Shown piece by piece: positions 8,719-17,196 of a stretch of DNA of 44,579 nucleotides. The position numbers and the translations under genes were made by a program. The stretch lies in IMG/VR virus record IMGVR_UViG_3300017649_000200, positions 1 through 44,579 of that record. One strand, written 5' to 3'. The notes below the pieces were generated by a model. That model did not search any database, was not told where the DNA came from, and saw only the letters and a list, made by a program, of their open reading frames with translations. Source of the DNA: a virus (Duplodnaviria > Caudoviricetes). Within the stretch, counting starts at the first letter, position 1. Every line of letters begins with the position of its first letter.

Positions 8719-11700
8719 CAGTCAGACACCGTAATCCGGTTGTTGTCGAGGTCGATCAGCATCTTGCCGTTGGCGCTTGCGATCTTGCCCGCCGACAGCG
8801 TGCCCGTCACTTTTGCGGTCAGGGCCGTGAGATTAAGCGCATTGAGCTGGTTGGTGTTGATCGATCCGTCCGCGATGAAGTCGCCGCGCATGGTCACGCG
8901 AGCGACACCGTTGCGGGTGGAGACGGCGAAGACCGCCTCCTCCCCGAACCCGGACCCCGGTGCCCCGATCAGGAAATCATCGACTGCGATCTTCAACTCG
9001 GACTGGAAGCCGCCCGGTCCATTCTGCCCGATCAGCTGGAGCCCCGCGAAGTAGCCTGCGGAGTCCACTGTCACCTTCCAGGCCCCAACGAGTTGCCCGG
9101 TGACATCCGCCACGGCCGTGAAGCGCTCGCCCACCGTGACGCCGCTCTCATCGAATTCTGCCGTGACATCAGTGCCGAAGATCGCCAGCGCCTTGTCGGC
9201 CGTGACCTGCACCTCGGCCACCTGAGTAATCGCCGCCCGTGCCCGCTCATCGGCCTCTTCGGCCACGACCCGTCCCTCCCCGGCAAGATCGGCCACCTGG
9301 TCGAGAAGCCCGAGCCCATCGAGATCCCGCGCCAGTTCCGGCACGAGGTCATCCGGCCGGATCTCCATCATGAAGAAGTCGTTCTTCATGACGAGGGGCG
9401 GCGGGTTAACAACCACGATGCTGAACGCGCCGATTACGTTTGCGGGCGTGATGCCCGCCACGCGCAACCGAATGGTCTGAGCACTCGCGACGATGGCCTC
9501 GAATGTGGTCTTGTCGCCCTCGTAGGCACGAACCCATGTCTCTCCGTTATCATAGGATACGTCCGCGATGTAACTGATGGCACCCCGCGCCGGCTGCCAG
9601 CCCGCCTGAAGGATGAGATTGAGCCCGCGCTGATAGACATTTGCCCCGAGCGTGGTGATGATCGGCATCGCACGCGAGAAGACATCGGGCACGCTCGGGA
9701 GAGGCGCAACGCCGTCCTCCGTGATGTCATAGACGCCAGGGTCGTCCACCACGCCCGAGAGGGTGATGTGCTCCCCGTCCGTGTCGGGCGTGCCTTCGGT
9801 GATGAGCACGCGGAAGGTGCGGGGTTGCCCTGGCGAGAATGCGGCGGTCGGGCGGTCGGCCAGATCCGAGCGGGCGACTGCATCAGCAAGGCTCATGCCC
9901 TGACGCGTGGCCTCGGCCGCCATGTCGGAGGCGTTGACGACGGCAAGGCGGTCGGACGCGCCCCGAGTAACACGGACTGGCCCCCAGGGCTGACCGTCCC
10001 GGCGCCGGATCTCGATATAGTGATTTCCGCTCTCGTTCCAGTCGAGATCATGGTCGAAGGTGAGCGTGCGTGAGCTGTCGTTGTAGCCGACGATCTCGGC
10101 CGACTGCCCCCAGGTCTCGGGCTCCTCGCACGACAAGAGCACGAGGTCGCCACGCTTCAGCAGACGGCCTTCTGCCCGCGCCGTCCATGTCACGGTGACA
10201 CGCCTCAGCAGGTTCTCCGCCGCCATGAAGCGCACAAGACCAGTCGCCTGTGAGCGCTTCTGGACGCCCTGGAGCTGCACGCGGGCAGGCTTCGCCAGCG
10301 TCACCCCACTCGGGGCGCTGGACACTTCCGCCAGCCGGAACGTGGTCTCATCGATGTATTCGCCCACGATGCCGTCCGCGATGTCGTCGTCGGCCAGCGT
10401 GTAATCGATGGTGAGCGAGTCCTTCACGATGTCATAGTCGGTGAACATCATGCGCGGGATGCCCCGCGGCTCGTCACGGACGATGGTCAGCCGGTCGCCC
10501 ACGGGAGCCGGGACCGCCCTGCCCGCCTTGAGGATCGTCTCGAGCGCGTCATCGAGCGTCTGCGGTTCCTTGAAGACGTGATCGAAGGTATGACCCAGCG
10601 ACGACCAAAGCTGATCGTAGGCATAGAATGACTGGAAGTCGATCTGATCGAGCGGGAGGCCCGCGCCATAATCGGCATTGCGCCACATATCAAGCGCGGC
10701 CCAGGCGATGGATCGAGACGGCTGCTCGACAAAGCCGCTGCCGTTCCAGACCGGAACCATGCGGGTCGCGATCACGCCGAGTTGCCCGTTGGTGATACCC
10801 TGTAGGGCCTCGCTCGCCTTGGCGCGCACGGCAATGGTCGTCACACGCGGGAAGGCGTTCGGGCCATCGATATGCGCCCGCAGCGCCGACCAAATCAGAT
10901 CATCCATGCCCGAAAGGCGCGGGTCGGGCGGCATGTCCTTGATCGGGATGCTCGTGCGCCGTGCCCTAACTTCGTAGCGCCCTGCGGGGACGGAGATGCG
11001 CTCGGTCATACGGATCTGTGACTGCTTGGAAAAGGTGTAGGTTTTGCCCCAGATCCCAAACCATTCGCTGGTCGGAGCTCCGGCTTCGTTGATGGTTCGG
11101 GCCTGGACTTCGACACCGACCGAGTGCGCCCGCAGTTCGCCCTTCCACATCCAAAAGCAGCCGGAGGGGAAGATGAGATCGAGCAAAAGCGTGGTAGCCT
11201 GCGTCCCGGCAGCATTGGCGCTGAAGCCGGCCGTAAAGGTCGTACTGAGTTCCAGCCCCGAGACTTCGGTCGCCGTGACCACATTCACGGGGAAGAGCGT
11301 CACCTTTTGACCAGGCGGAACAATCTGGATGTCAACGCCGGGGAACGACGGGTTATAGCCGCCGGTCTTGGTCCAGATCGTTGTATCGGAGATGCGCAGT
11401 TCCTCAACGTCGTAACGGCCGCAGCCGAGCGCGAGCAGTGCATATTCCGTCATATTGTCGCCGTCGAACTCGGAATATTTCGGTGCGGCGAAATCGGGGA
11501 ATGACAGGGTTCGGCCATAGCCGACCGGGATCGGCTGAAGCGGGCGGGCTTGGTTGCCGCCAAAGCCGAAAGAATAAAGGTTGTCCTTCGCGTCAGTCTG
11601 CCCGCCAGCCTTGGGCTTGAGGAAATGGCTGATCGCCATCGCCCCGCCTGCGATGAGCAGGGAGGCGCCAATGCTTGCCGCCGTGCCCGTCAGGCCAATT

Positions 11701-12026
11701 GCGCCCATGGCCCAAGGAGCGAGCGCGGTGAGTGCCACCAAGGCGATAATCGCGCCGATGCTCTTGCCGGTCGCGCCGCTGTTGCCGCCACCGAGCGGAC
11801 GGCTGATGAACTCGACATTGTCATTGGCCGCGAGGTGATAGGCCGACCACTCTGCACGGCTATAATAAAGACCGTTGACGCGGCAGACCGTGAGCAGGCC
11901 GTCGAAGCGCCAGCCAGTGCGGGAGAGGAACCCTTCGATGGTTTCACCCATCGCGGCTTCCGTCTCCCTAACCGGCAGAAGCAGTTCTTCATCGGCTTGG
12001 AGTTGATGCTTAATCGCGAGTTTCAT
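8718..12026 (-). CDS. Host-specificity / central tail tip protein (lambda J-like with N-terminal I-like segment)
   Basis: ARPLQPIPVGYG, FnIII-like region, DUF1983-like C-terminus; true start probably ATG 12026, overlapping the NlpC stop. Confidence 0.85.
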   Translation of the reverse strand: MKLAIKHQLQADEELLLPVRETEAAMGETIEGFLSRTGWRFDGLLTVCRVNGLYYSRAEWSAYHLAANDNVEFISRPLGGGNSGATGKSIGAIIALVALTALAPWAMGAIGLTGTAASIGASLLIAGGAMAISHFLKPKAGGQTDAKDNLYSFGFGGNQARPLQPIPVGYGRTLSFPDFAAPKYSEFDGDNMTEYALLALGCGRYDVEELRISDTTIWTKTGGYNPSFPGVDIQIVPPGQKVTLFPVNVVTATEVSGLELSTTFTAGFSANAAGTQATTLLLDLIFPSGCFWMWKGELRAHSVGVEVQARTINEAGAPTSEWFGIWGKTYTFSKQSQIRMTERISVPAGRYEVRARRTSIPIKDMPPDPRLSGMDDLIWSALRAHIDGPNAFPRVTTIAVRAKASEALQGITNGQLGVIATRMVPVWNGSGFVEQPSRSIAWAALDMWRNADYGAGLPLDQIDFQSFYAYDQLWSSLGHTFDHVFKEPQTLDDALETILKAGRAVPAPVGDRLTIVRDEPRGIPRMMFTDYDIVKDSLTIDYTLADDDIADGIVGEYIDETTFRLAEVSSAPSGVTLAKPARVQLQGVQKRSQATGLVRFMAAENLLRRVTVTWTARAEGRLLKRGDLVLLSCEEPETWGQSAEIVGYNDSSRTLTFDHDLDWNESGNHYIEIRRRDGQPWGPVRVTRGASDRLAVVNASDMAAEATRQGMSLADAVARSDLADRPTAAFSPGQPRTFRVLITEGTPDTDGEHITLSGVVDDPGVYDITEDGVAPLPSVPDVFSRAMPIITTLGANVYQRGLNLILQAGWQPARGAISYIADVSYDNGETWVRAYEGDKTTFEAIVASAQTIRLRVAGITPANVIGAFSIVVVNPPPLVMKNDFFMMEIRPDDLVPELARDLDGLGLLDQVADLAGEGRVVAEEADERARAAITQVAEVQVTADKALAIFGTDVTAEFDESGVTVGERFTAVADVTGQLVGAWKVTVDSAGYFAGLQLIGQNGPGGFQSELKIAVDDFLIGAPGSGFGEEAVFAVSTRNGVARVTMRGDFIADGSINTNQLNALNLTALTAKVTGTLSAGKIASANGKMLIDLDNNRITVSD

Positions 12027-12442
12027 TTGCGCCTGAAGAAACGGCAGTAGTTGAAGCCAGAGGCCCGTAGGGCCGGCAGATCGTCCACGACCACGCCGGC
12101 GGCCTTGTCGATGTGGATCACGGCTGGAGCCGTGACCGGGACAATGTAGGTGCCGAGGTGGAAGTCGCGCTTGGCGACATTGCCCATCAGCACGAGATCG
12201 AGCTCCCGCGCCTCGCCTTCGGGCACTTCCTCCCAAGCCTGACGCTCTGGGTGCGAGAGCATGGCCTCGGCTTGCGCCCGGGTCGTCGGCTCGGCAAAGG
12301 CGACATCCGGCATGTCGATGCCGGCCAACTCCAACTGGATATGGCGGGCGAGCCCGTAGCAATCGAAGGCTTCCGGCCCCCGTGCACCGATCTGGTACGG
12401 CATGCCGATAAGGCTCTCAAAGAAGGCGAGACGATCAGTCAT
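12023..12442 (-). CDS. NlpC/P60 tail assembly protein (lambda K-like)
   Basis: GMPYQIGARGPEAFDCYGL and HLG catalytic motifs. Confidence 0.85.
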   Translation of the reverse strand: MTDRLAFFESLIGMPYQIGARGPEAFDCYGLARHIQLELAGIDMPDVAFAEPTTRAQAEAMLSHPERQAWEEVPEGEARELDLVLMGNVAKRDFHLGTYIVPVTAPAVIHIDKAAGVVVDDLPALRASGFNYCRFFRRK

Positions 12443-12454
12443 CTAGTGCCCTGT

Positions 12455-12486
12455 AAAAAAGGGCAGGCCACCGAAGCGGCCTGCCC
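12455..12486 (-). terminator. Intrinsic terminator closing the GGYNN RNA
   Basis: GGGCAGGCCGC-TTCG-GTGGCCTGCCC followed by TTTTTT on the minus strand. Confidence 0.9.
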
Positions 12487-12585
12487 ACCATGCCGAACCA
12501 CGCCGCACCAGACCAGACCCAGCCGGGCCAAGCCCGACCAACGTCATGGCTCGCCTAGCCACGCCTCGCCTTGGCGTGTTCGCAA
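12455..12585 (-). ncRNA. Putative guide-like ncRNA made of tandem GGYNN pentamers
   Basis: Minus strand: GGCGA GGCGT GGCTA GGCGA (GCCATGACGTT) GGTCG GGCTT GGCCC GGCTG GGTCT GGTCT GGTGC GGCGT GGTTC GGCAT GGTGG, between the RAMP-like gene stop and the terminator. Confidence 0.75.
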
Positions 12586-13155
12586 TCACAGCCTTTCGAC
12601 TGTGAACCTTCCGAACTTCGGTCGCCAATCGCCTATCCCAACGATAGCGCCCGCCGTTCTAAACATCTCCTCGACTTCGCCCGGGTTCAGTTGATCCGGC
12701 AGGAAGTCCACGGAAACCTCACACGACCAATCCCGAAAGATGGGCCTCGTCCGCATTATCCGGTTGCGCTGGACTTTCACGCCCGCAACCAATCGAAACT
12801 TCTGATCAGCCCAAAGCTCGTCGGGGTTCCTCGGCCCCTCATATTGCAGAGGGAACATCCCGTCAGAAAGAAGGCCTGCCTTTGCCTGTTGTCCTCGCCG
12901 GTTTTTCTTGGCCGCTTCCGTCAGCGTTGCTTCAATTAGCGTCCCAGGGATGCAAGGCTCTCCGTCATGAAGGTAGAGCCCGCCGAGAAATTCAAGCCGC
13001 GCCAGTTCCTCAAAATCCGCTTCCGTCTTCGCCCGCTTCTGAGACACCTTCCGCATTGCTTTGGCTATCGGGTTCAGAGGGTCGGCCAATTGCCCATTGT
13101 GCACGACCAGGGGTGATACGCTGGAAAGACGAAACCTCAACGTTTGGTAGTTCAC
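12586..13155 (-). CDS. Solitary RAMP/Cas7-like protein
   Basis: N-terminal beta strand with SPLVVH, PCIPG..I motif, RTRPIF..W.CEV.V strand, C-terminal glycine loop GAIVGIGDWRPKFGRFTV; GTG start with GGAG RBS. Confidence 0.7.
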   Translation of the reverse strand: MNYQTLRFRLSSVSPLVVHNGQLADPLNPIAKAMRKVSQKRAKTEADFEELARLEFLGGLYLHDGEPCIPGTLIEATLTEAAKKNRRGQQAKAGLLSDGMFPLQYEGPRNPDELWADQKFRLVAGVKVQRNRIMRTRPIFRDWSCEVSVDFLPDQLNPGEVEEMFRTAGAIVGIGDWRPKFGRFTVERL

Positions 13156-13444
13156 TGCTGATCTCCGTCCGACCCGGCGTGACGCGCTTTGCATCGCCAA
13201 TCTGGACGGAACTCAGTTTGTAGCGCCGCCGCCGGATCAAGGTTGTGATGGCCTCATGGCACTCGCGGCAGAGCGTGGTCAGATCGTCCACAGTCTCTGT
13301 CCCGAGCGTTGCGGGGTAGCGGCGATGGTGGACCTCAAGATCCTCGGCCCTATCGCATGCCCTGCATCGGAACCCGTCACGGGCCAAAGCCTCCTGTCGA
13401 AGCTCTGACCACCTCAGCGACCGAATGTACTCCTCGTATGTCAA
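13010..13444 (-). CDS. HNH endonuclease (Zn-binding, McrA-like)
   Basis: W..LR..AL.RDGFRCRAC, LEVHHRRY, LTTLCRECH; probable TTG start at 13444 after AAGGTGG. Confidence 0.75.
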   Translation of the reverse strand: MTYEEYIRSLRWSELRQEALARDGFRCRACDRAEDLEVHHRRYPATLGTETVDDLTTLCRECHEAITTLIRRRRYKLSSVQIGDAKRVTPGRTEISSELPNVEVSSFQRITPGRAQWAIGRPSEPDSQSNAEGVSEAGEDGSGF

Positions 13445-13491
13445 TTGCGGTCCACCTTGCCGTGTTCTCGATTTTATGGTTGCATATAAGG

Positions 13492-13680
13492 ATGATTTCT
13501 GCAACCAAAAAATCAAGAGGCAGACCATCAACAGGGGTTGGCACCCCGGTTCAGGTTCGTCTCAACAGTGCCGATCTCGCCAGCCTCGACCGGTGGATCA
13601 GTCAGCAACCCGACCCCAAGCCTTCGCGGCCTGAGAGTATTCGCCACATCCTCCGAGAGTGGCTAGCTAATCGCAAGTAG
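13492..13680 (+). CDS. Ribbon-helix-helix (CopG-like) regulator
   Basis: RGRPSTG..TPVQVRL....LASLDRW....SRPESIRHIL; divergent from the HNH gene. Confidence 0.75.
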   Translation: MISATKKSRGRPSTGVGTPVQVRLNSADLASLDRWISQQPDPKPSRPESIRHILREWLANRK

Positions 13681-14199
13681 TGCCGGGAACCTCTGCATGT
13701 CATAAACCTCGCGCATGACCCGCATATTCTGCGGCCGGGCGATGGCGAGCTGTCCCTCAAGCTGCCGCGCCGTGCGCTTCACGTTGCGCAGGATCAGCTT
13801 GTAGGGCCCCTGCCCGACCGTGTTGGGGTCGGAGGCCAGATAGCCGCGGAAGATCGCCTGAATGGGCGTGTTCAGCTTCACGGCTTCCTCGAGATAGCGA
13901 GAGGCCTCGCGGTTGATGTTGTCGAGCCGGATCGTGGCCTCGGCGCCGAGATTGCCGATGCGGGGATAGTCGATTTCGAACGGGATGGCCTTGAAGAGCA
14001 CCGTCTGCCCGCCGCCGACAGGGGCGCTGTCTTCCAGTCGGAGGTTCATGTCCTCGGTATTCCTCACGGCCCGGATCGGGGCCGGCTGGCCACCCTCGAC
14101 AAAAACCGGGTGGATCAACTCGATCGTGATGAGCATGACCTCATCCTTGGGCGCGGAGGCGGCGGCCTCGGCCCAGGCTTGGGTAGCGGAAATCGGCAC
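13663..14199 (-). CDS. Minor tail protein, DUF1833 family
   Basis: TIELIHP, F.AIPFEI..P, IRLDNI, Y...FPAL; usual position before NlpC/P60. Confidence 0.8.
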   Translation of the reverse strand: MPISATQAWAEAAASAPKDEVMLITIELIHPVFVEGGQPAPIRAVRNTEDMNLRLEDSAPVGGGQTVLFKAIPFEIDYPRIGNLGAEATIRLDNINREASRYLEEAVKLNTPIQAIFRGYLASDPNTVGQGPYKLILRNVKRTARQLEGQLAIARPQNMRVMREVYDMQRFPALLAIS

Positions 14200-14568
14200 T
14201 TAGAGATCCCAAACGTCGAGGGAGAAGGAAACGTTAATGCGAGAACCGGCGCGGCTCGCCGTGTACTTGCCCCCGTTGCGGAGGCGAACGCGCCTGTCAG
14301 TGCAGCCGGTCAGATCGAAAACCGGCATGGTGAAGTCAGCAGCCCCGTGCGAGAGCGTGTCCCGCACGAAGGCCTTGAAGGTCTCGAATTGCGCCGTGGT
14401 CATGCGGAGGCTCATCTCGACTACGCCGATCACGGCCGTGAACTGGCGGCGCGAGCGGGTGTTACCCGCCGTCATCTCGCTTTCGAGAACAGATCGGTGG
14501 GGCTCCGCAATACCGGAAGGAGCCAAGGGCGCATGGGGAAGCGCGGAGGGCCAGACAGGAAGGGCCAT
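14200..14568 (-). CDS. Distal tail-like minor tail protein
   Basis: WPSALP...SEM.AG..RSRRQFT; follows the tape measure gene. Confidence 0.75.
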   Translation of the reverse strand: MALPVWPSALPHAPLAPSGIAEPHRSVLESEMTAGNTRSRRQFTAVIGVVEMSLRMTTAQFETFKAFVRDTLSHGAADFTMPVFDLTGCTDRRVRLRNGGKYTASRAGSRINVSFSLDVWDL

Positions 14569-16580
14569 CAGCGCCCCCTCATCGGAGAGACGCCAAAGCG
14601 GCCCTTGAGAGGCTTGTCGAGTTTCCCGCCTGCGATCATGCCGCTGAGCATCTGCTCGATCTGCACCTCAAGCCGTGGCCCCTGCGGGCCCTGCGTCTGC
14701 CGCGTGGACACCTGCGCCCCTGCGTTGTTGTTGATGACGACCTGCATGCCGCCGCCGCCGAATTTGCCATTGGGCACGATCCGCCCGGGCGTCGTTGGTA
14801 CGAACAACTCCCGCCCGCTCTCGCCCACGGTATATGGCATGCCTGCCTTAACCATGCCGCCCGCCGCCTTGCCCGGCATGAAGGCCTTGAACAAGTTGCC
14901 GATGAGCCCGCCCACGCTGCCATTGGTTCCGGCGTTGCCAAGCAATCCGGCCAGCGGCCCCTGACCCAGCAATGCCGCCTGCAACGCCATGTCGGCGAGG
15001 CGCTTGGTCAGGTTCATGAGAGCTTCTTCGGCATTCTCGCCGCCAGAGATGATGTCGGAGAAGAAGCCGCTAATCGATTGGCCGATGAATTGCTGCAACT
15101 CGACAAAACTTTCCTGGGTCTGCCGCGCTTCTTCCAGCTTTTGGGTCGCCTCGCCGTAGGCTGTCGCGAGCTTCTTGATGTCGGCCTCAAGGGCCGGGGT
15201 GAGTTTGACGTTCGCCTCTTTAGCCGCGGCGAGTAACTCAAACTCAGCCTTCGCTGCGGCAACCTGTGCCGCCGACTGCCCGACCGTCGTAGCTTCTTGC
15301 TGGAGCGCCGCCGTGCGCTCCTTAATAGCCTTGATCTCCTGCTGGAGGTCGTTCAGTTTCTCTTTTCGTGATTTCCCATCATCGGTAACGGCGTAGTCAT
15401 CCAGCGAAATCGGCTTGATGGGTGGAAGATCCATGCCCGCCATCGAGGGCAGCGAAGACTTTGAAGGCGCTGGCGCGGGCTGCCCTGAACGAGCATTCGC
15501 ACGCTGTTGCTCTAGCAAGCCTTGGAGTTCACTCTCCCAATCTGCGGTAAGGCTATTACGGCGCCCATTCTGACGGGACAGGAGCCCTTGAAGCTGTTGG
15601 ATGCGCTGCGACCGCTGGAATTCCTGGGGATCAATTACAGGGGCGTTCGCGCCTCCAGGCAGACTGTCGCGGTAAGCCTTGTTCGCTCTAGCGGCATTCA
15701 AAACAGCAGCGGAAATTCCATCAATGGCTTCAGCGATTTTCCCAAGTGCAGTCGCCGTGCTGCCTGAGTAGTTAACGACCTTATCGAGCTCCCCGACGAG
15801 GTTCGTCATGGATGTCTTGACATTCTCCCACGCCTGCCCCGTTGTCGACGCAGCGCTCGCGGCCTGACGCTCAAGCACAGGCAGTCCGGCTAGAAAGGCA
15901 CGGAAAAAGGCTTGGGAGGAAACCTTCCCGTCCTTCACCAGTTGGGTCAGCTTTGAGACAGAGCCGCCCGCCTCAACGAGACCCGCCGCGACCGCCTGCA
16001 GGACAGGACGTGCCCCGTCAAGAAGGCTGTTATACTCCTCTGCCTGGATCTTGCCCCCGCTGAGGGCCTGCCCAAGCTGGAGAAGAGCACCGGAGGCTTC
16101 AGAGGCTGATGTCCCCTGTACCTTCAGGGCCATAGCAACCCCTTCTGTGACCCTGAGCATCTCCGGCCCGGTAGCGCGTAGATCGCTCTGCGCCTGACTC
16201 AAGCGCCCGTAGAGTTGCGCCATTGCCTCCAGCGGAGCGCCCTGGCGCTGAGCGATCGCGAATATTGCCTGATAGGTTGACCGCAGGCGCTCCCCTTCTA
16301 GCCCCGCAACCTTCAAAGCGTTCTGGACCCGAATGAAGCTATCAGCGAACTGTGTCACTTGCTGGACAGAGAGCCCGGCAAGTACCCCAGCGAAGGCCCC
16401 TTTGATGCTGTTGCCGATCCCGCCCATGATCGCATCGAGCCGCCGCATGGAATTCTGCGTGCGCCGCTCGACATCACGCATGGCCCGGTCCGTCACTTGA
16501 CGGGTGCGGGCCATTTCGCGCTCATACTTCTTGATGTTCGCCTCAAGGACAACCGTAAGGCGTTCGATGTCTGTTGCCAT
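14568..16580 (-). CDS. Tail tape measure protein
   Basis: Tape-measure N domain (ALLQLGQALSGGKIQAEEYNS), coiled coils, C-terminal GGMV..G.PYTVGESGRELFVP. Confidence 0.9.
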   Translation of the reverse strand: MATDIERLTVVLEANIKKYEREMARTRQVTDRAMRDVERRTQNSMRRLDAIMGGIGNSIKGAFAGVLAGLSVQQVTQFADSFIRVQNALKVAGLEGERLRSTYQAIFAIAQRQGAPLEAMAQLYGRLSQAQSDLRATGPEMLRVTEGVAMALKVQGTSASEASGALLQLGQALSGGKIQAEEYNSLLDGARPVLQAVAAGLVEAGGSVSKLTQLVKDGKVSSQAFFRAFLAGLPVLERQAASAASTTGQAWENVKTSMTNLVGELDKVVNYSGSTATALGKIAEAIDGISAAVLNAARANKAYRDSLPGGANAPVIDPQEFQRSQRIQQLQGLLSRQNGRRNSLTADWESELQGLLEQQRANARSGQPAPAPSKSSLPSMAGMDLPPIKPISLDDYAVTDDGKSRKEKLNDLQQEIKAIKERTAALQQEATTVGQSAAQVAAAKAEFELLAAAKEANVKLTPALEADIKKLATAYGEATQKLEEARQTQESFVELQQFIGQSISGFFSDIISGGENAEEALMNLTKRLADMALQAALLGQGPLAGLLGNAGTNGSVGGLIGNLFKAFMPGKAAGGMVKAGMPYTVGESGRELFVPTTPGRIVPNGKFGGGGMQVVINNNAGAQVSTRQTQGPQGPRLEVQIEQMLSGMIAGGKLDKPLKGRFGVSPMRGR

Positions 16581-16627
16581 CAGGGGCTCACAAAGTAAGA
16601 TGCCGCCCCAACGTGAGGGGAGGCTTC

Positions 16628-17041
16628 ATGGCAAAGGGCTTGTTGCGGTTTTTCGGCTTTATCAGCGTTCTGGCTGGGTTCTGCGCGCTAGCCTTCAGCA
16701 TTCTGGCAGGACCTCTAGTTTTCACGGTCGCTGCATGGGGCATCGGAATGCTCCTGGCGGGGGCGCCAATTCTCGGATTTGCTTACGCCCTGGACCTGCT
16801 GGAGCAAATCGCCCGGAACACATCCCCACCCCAGCCCGACAGCCATGAACCGCCACCGACCGAAGCCCCCGCTGTAACGCCGGCAGAACTTTTCCGCCCA
16901 ACAGGCACCTATCGGGGCATCCCATATGCCCAGTACGCAGGGAGTGGCGTCATAGCTATCGTTGAGGGCCAGCGCAGAAGTTGGAGAAGCCTTGCTGAGT
17001 TCAAGGCCGAAATTGACCAGCAACCGGATCAGGTGGTCTGA
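16628..17041 (+). CDS. Membrane protein moron (2 TM helices)
   Basis: GGAGG RBS; two hydrophobic helices; opposite strand, between chaperone and tape measure genes. Confidence 0.65.
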   Translation: MAKGLLRFFGFISVLAGFCALAFSILAGPLVFTVAAWGIGMLLAGAPILGFAYALDLLEQIARNTSPPQPDSHEPPPTEAPAVTPAELFRPTGTYRGIPYAQYAGSGVIAIVEGQRRSWRSLAEFKAEIDQQPDQVV

Positions 17042-17196
17042 TCCGGGAAGGCATCGTAAGTGCGGCTCGCGACCTCGAATTCCGCGTCGGTCATTTCCTT
17101 GCTCTGCTCACCGCCGTTGGCTGCGTTCCAGCCATCCAGGCAGGCGAAGAACTGCCACAGGCTCATTGCGTCCACCTCTCGGGGCGGGAAGCCCAT
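17029..17196 (-). CDS. Tail assembly chaperone, T-like segment (55 aa; also reachable by -1 frameshift)
   Basis: MGFPPREVDAMSLWQFFACLDGW; TAATG overlap; not in the ORF track. Confidence 0.7.
   Translation of the reverse strand: MGFPPREVDAMSLWQFFACLDGWNAANGGEQSKEMTDAEFEVASRTYDAFPDQTT

Noticed and set aside
12027-12362. N-terminal extension of the 1214-aa J ORF
   Set aside because: Overlaps the NlpC/P60 gene in another frame; the ATGA-coupled start at 12026 is more plausible
12485-12570. Canonical CRISPR array
   Set aside because: No 23-47-nt direct repeats with spacers; the period is 5 nt; no cas1/cas2
12443-12628. 61-aa ORF spanning the pentamer tract
   Set aside because: Its Gly/Arg/Trp-rich translation is a by-product of GGYNN repeats; no RBS; it runs through the terminator
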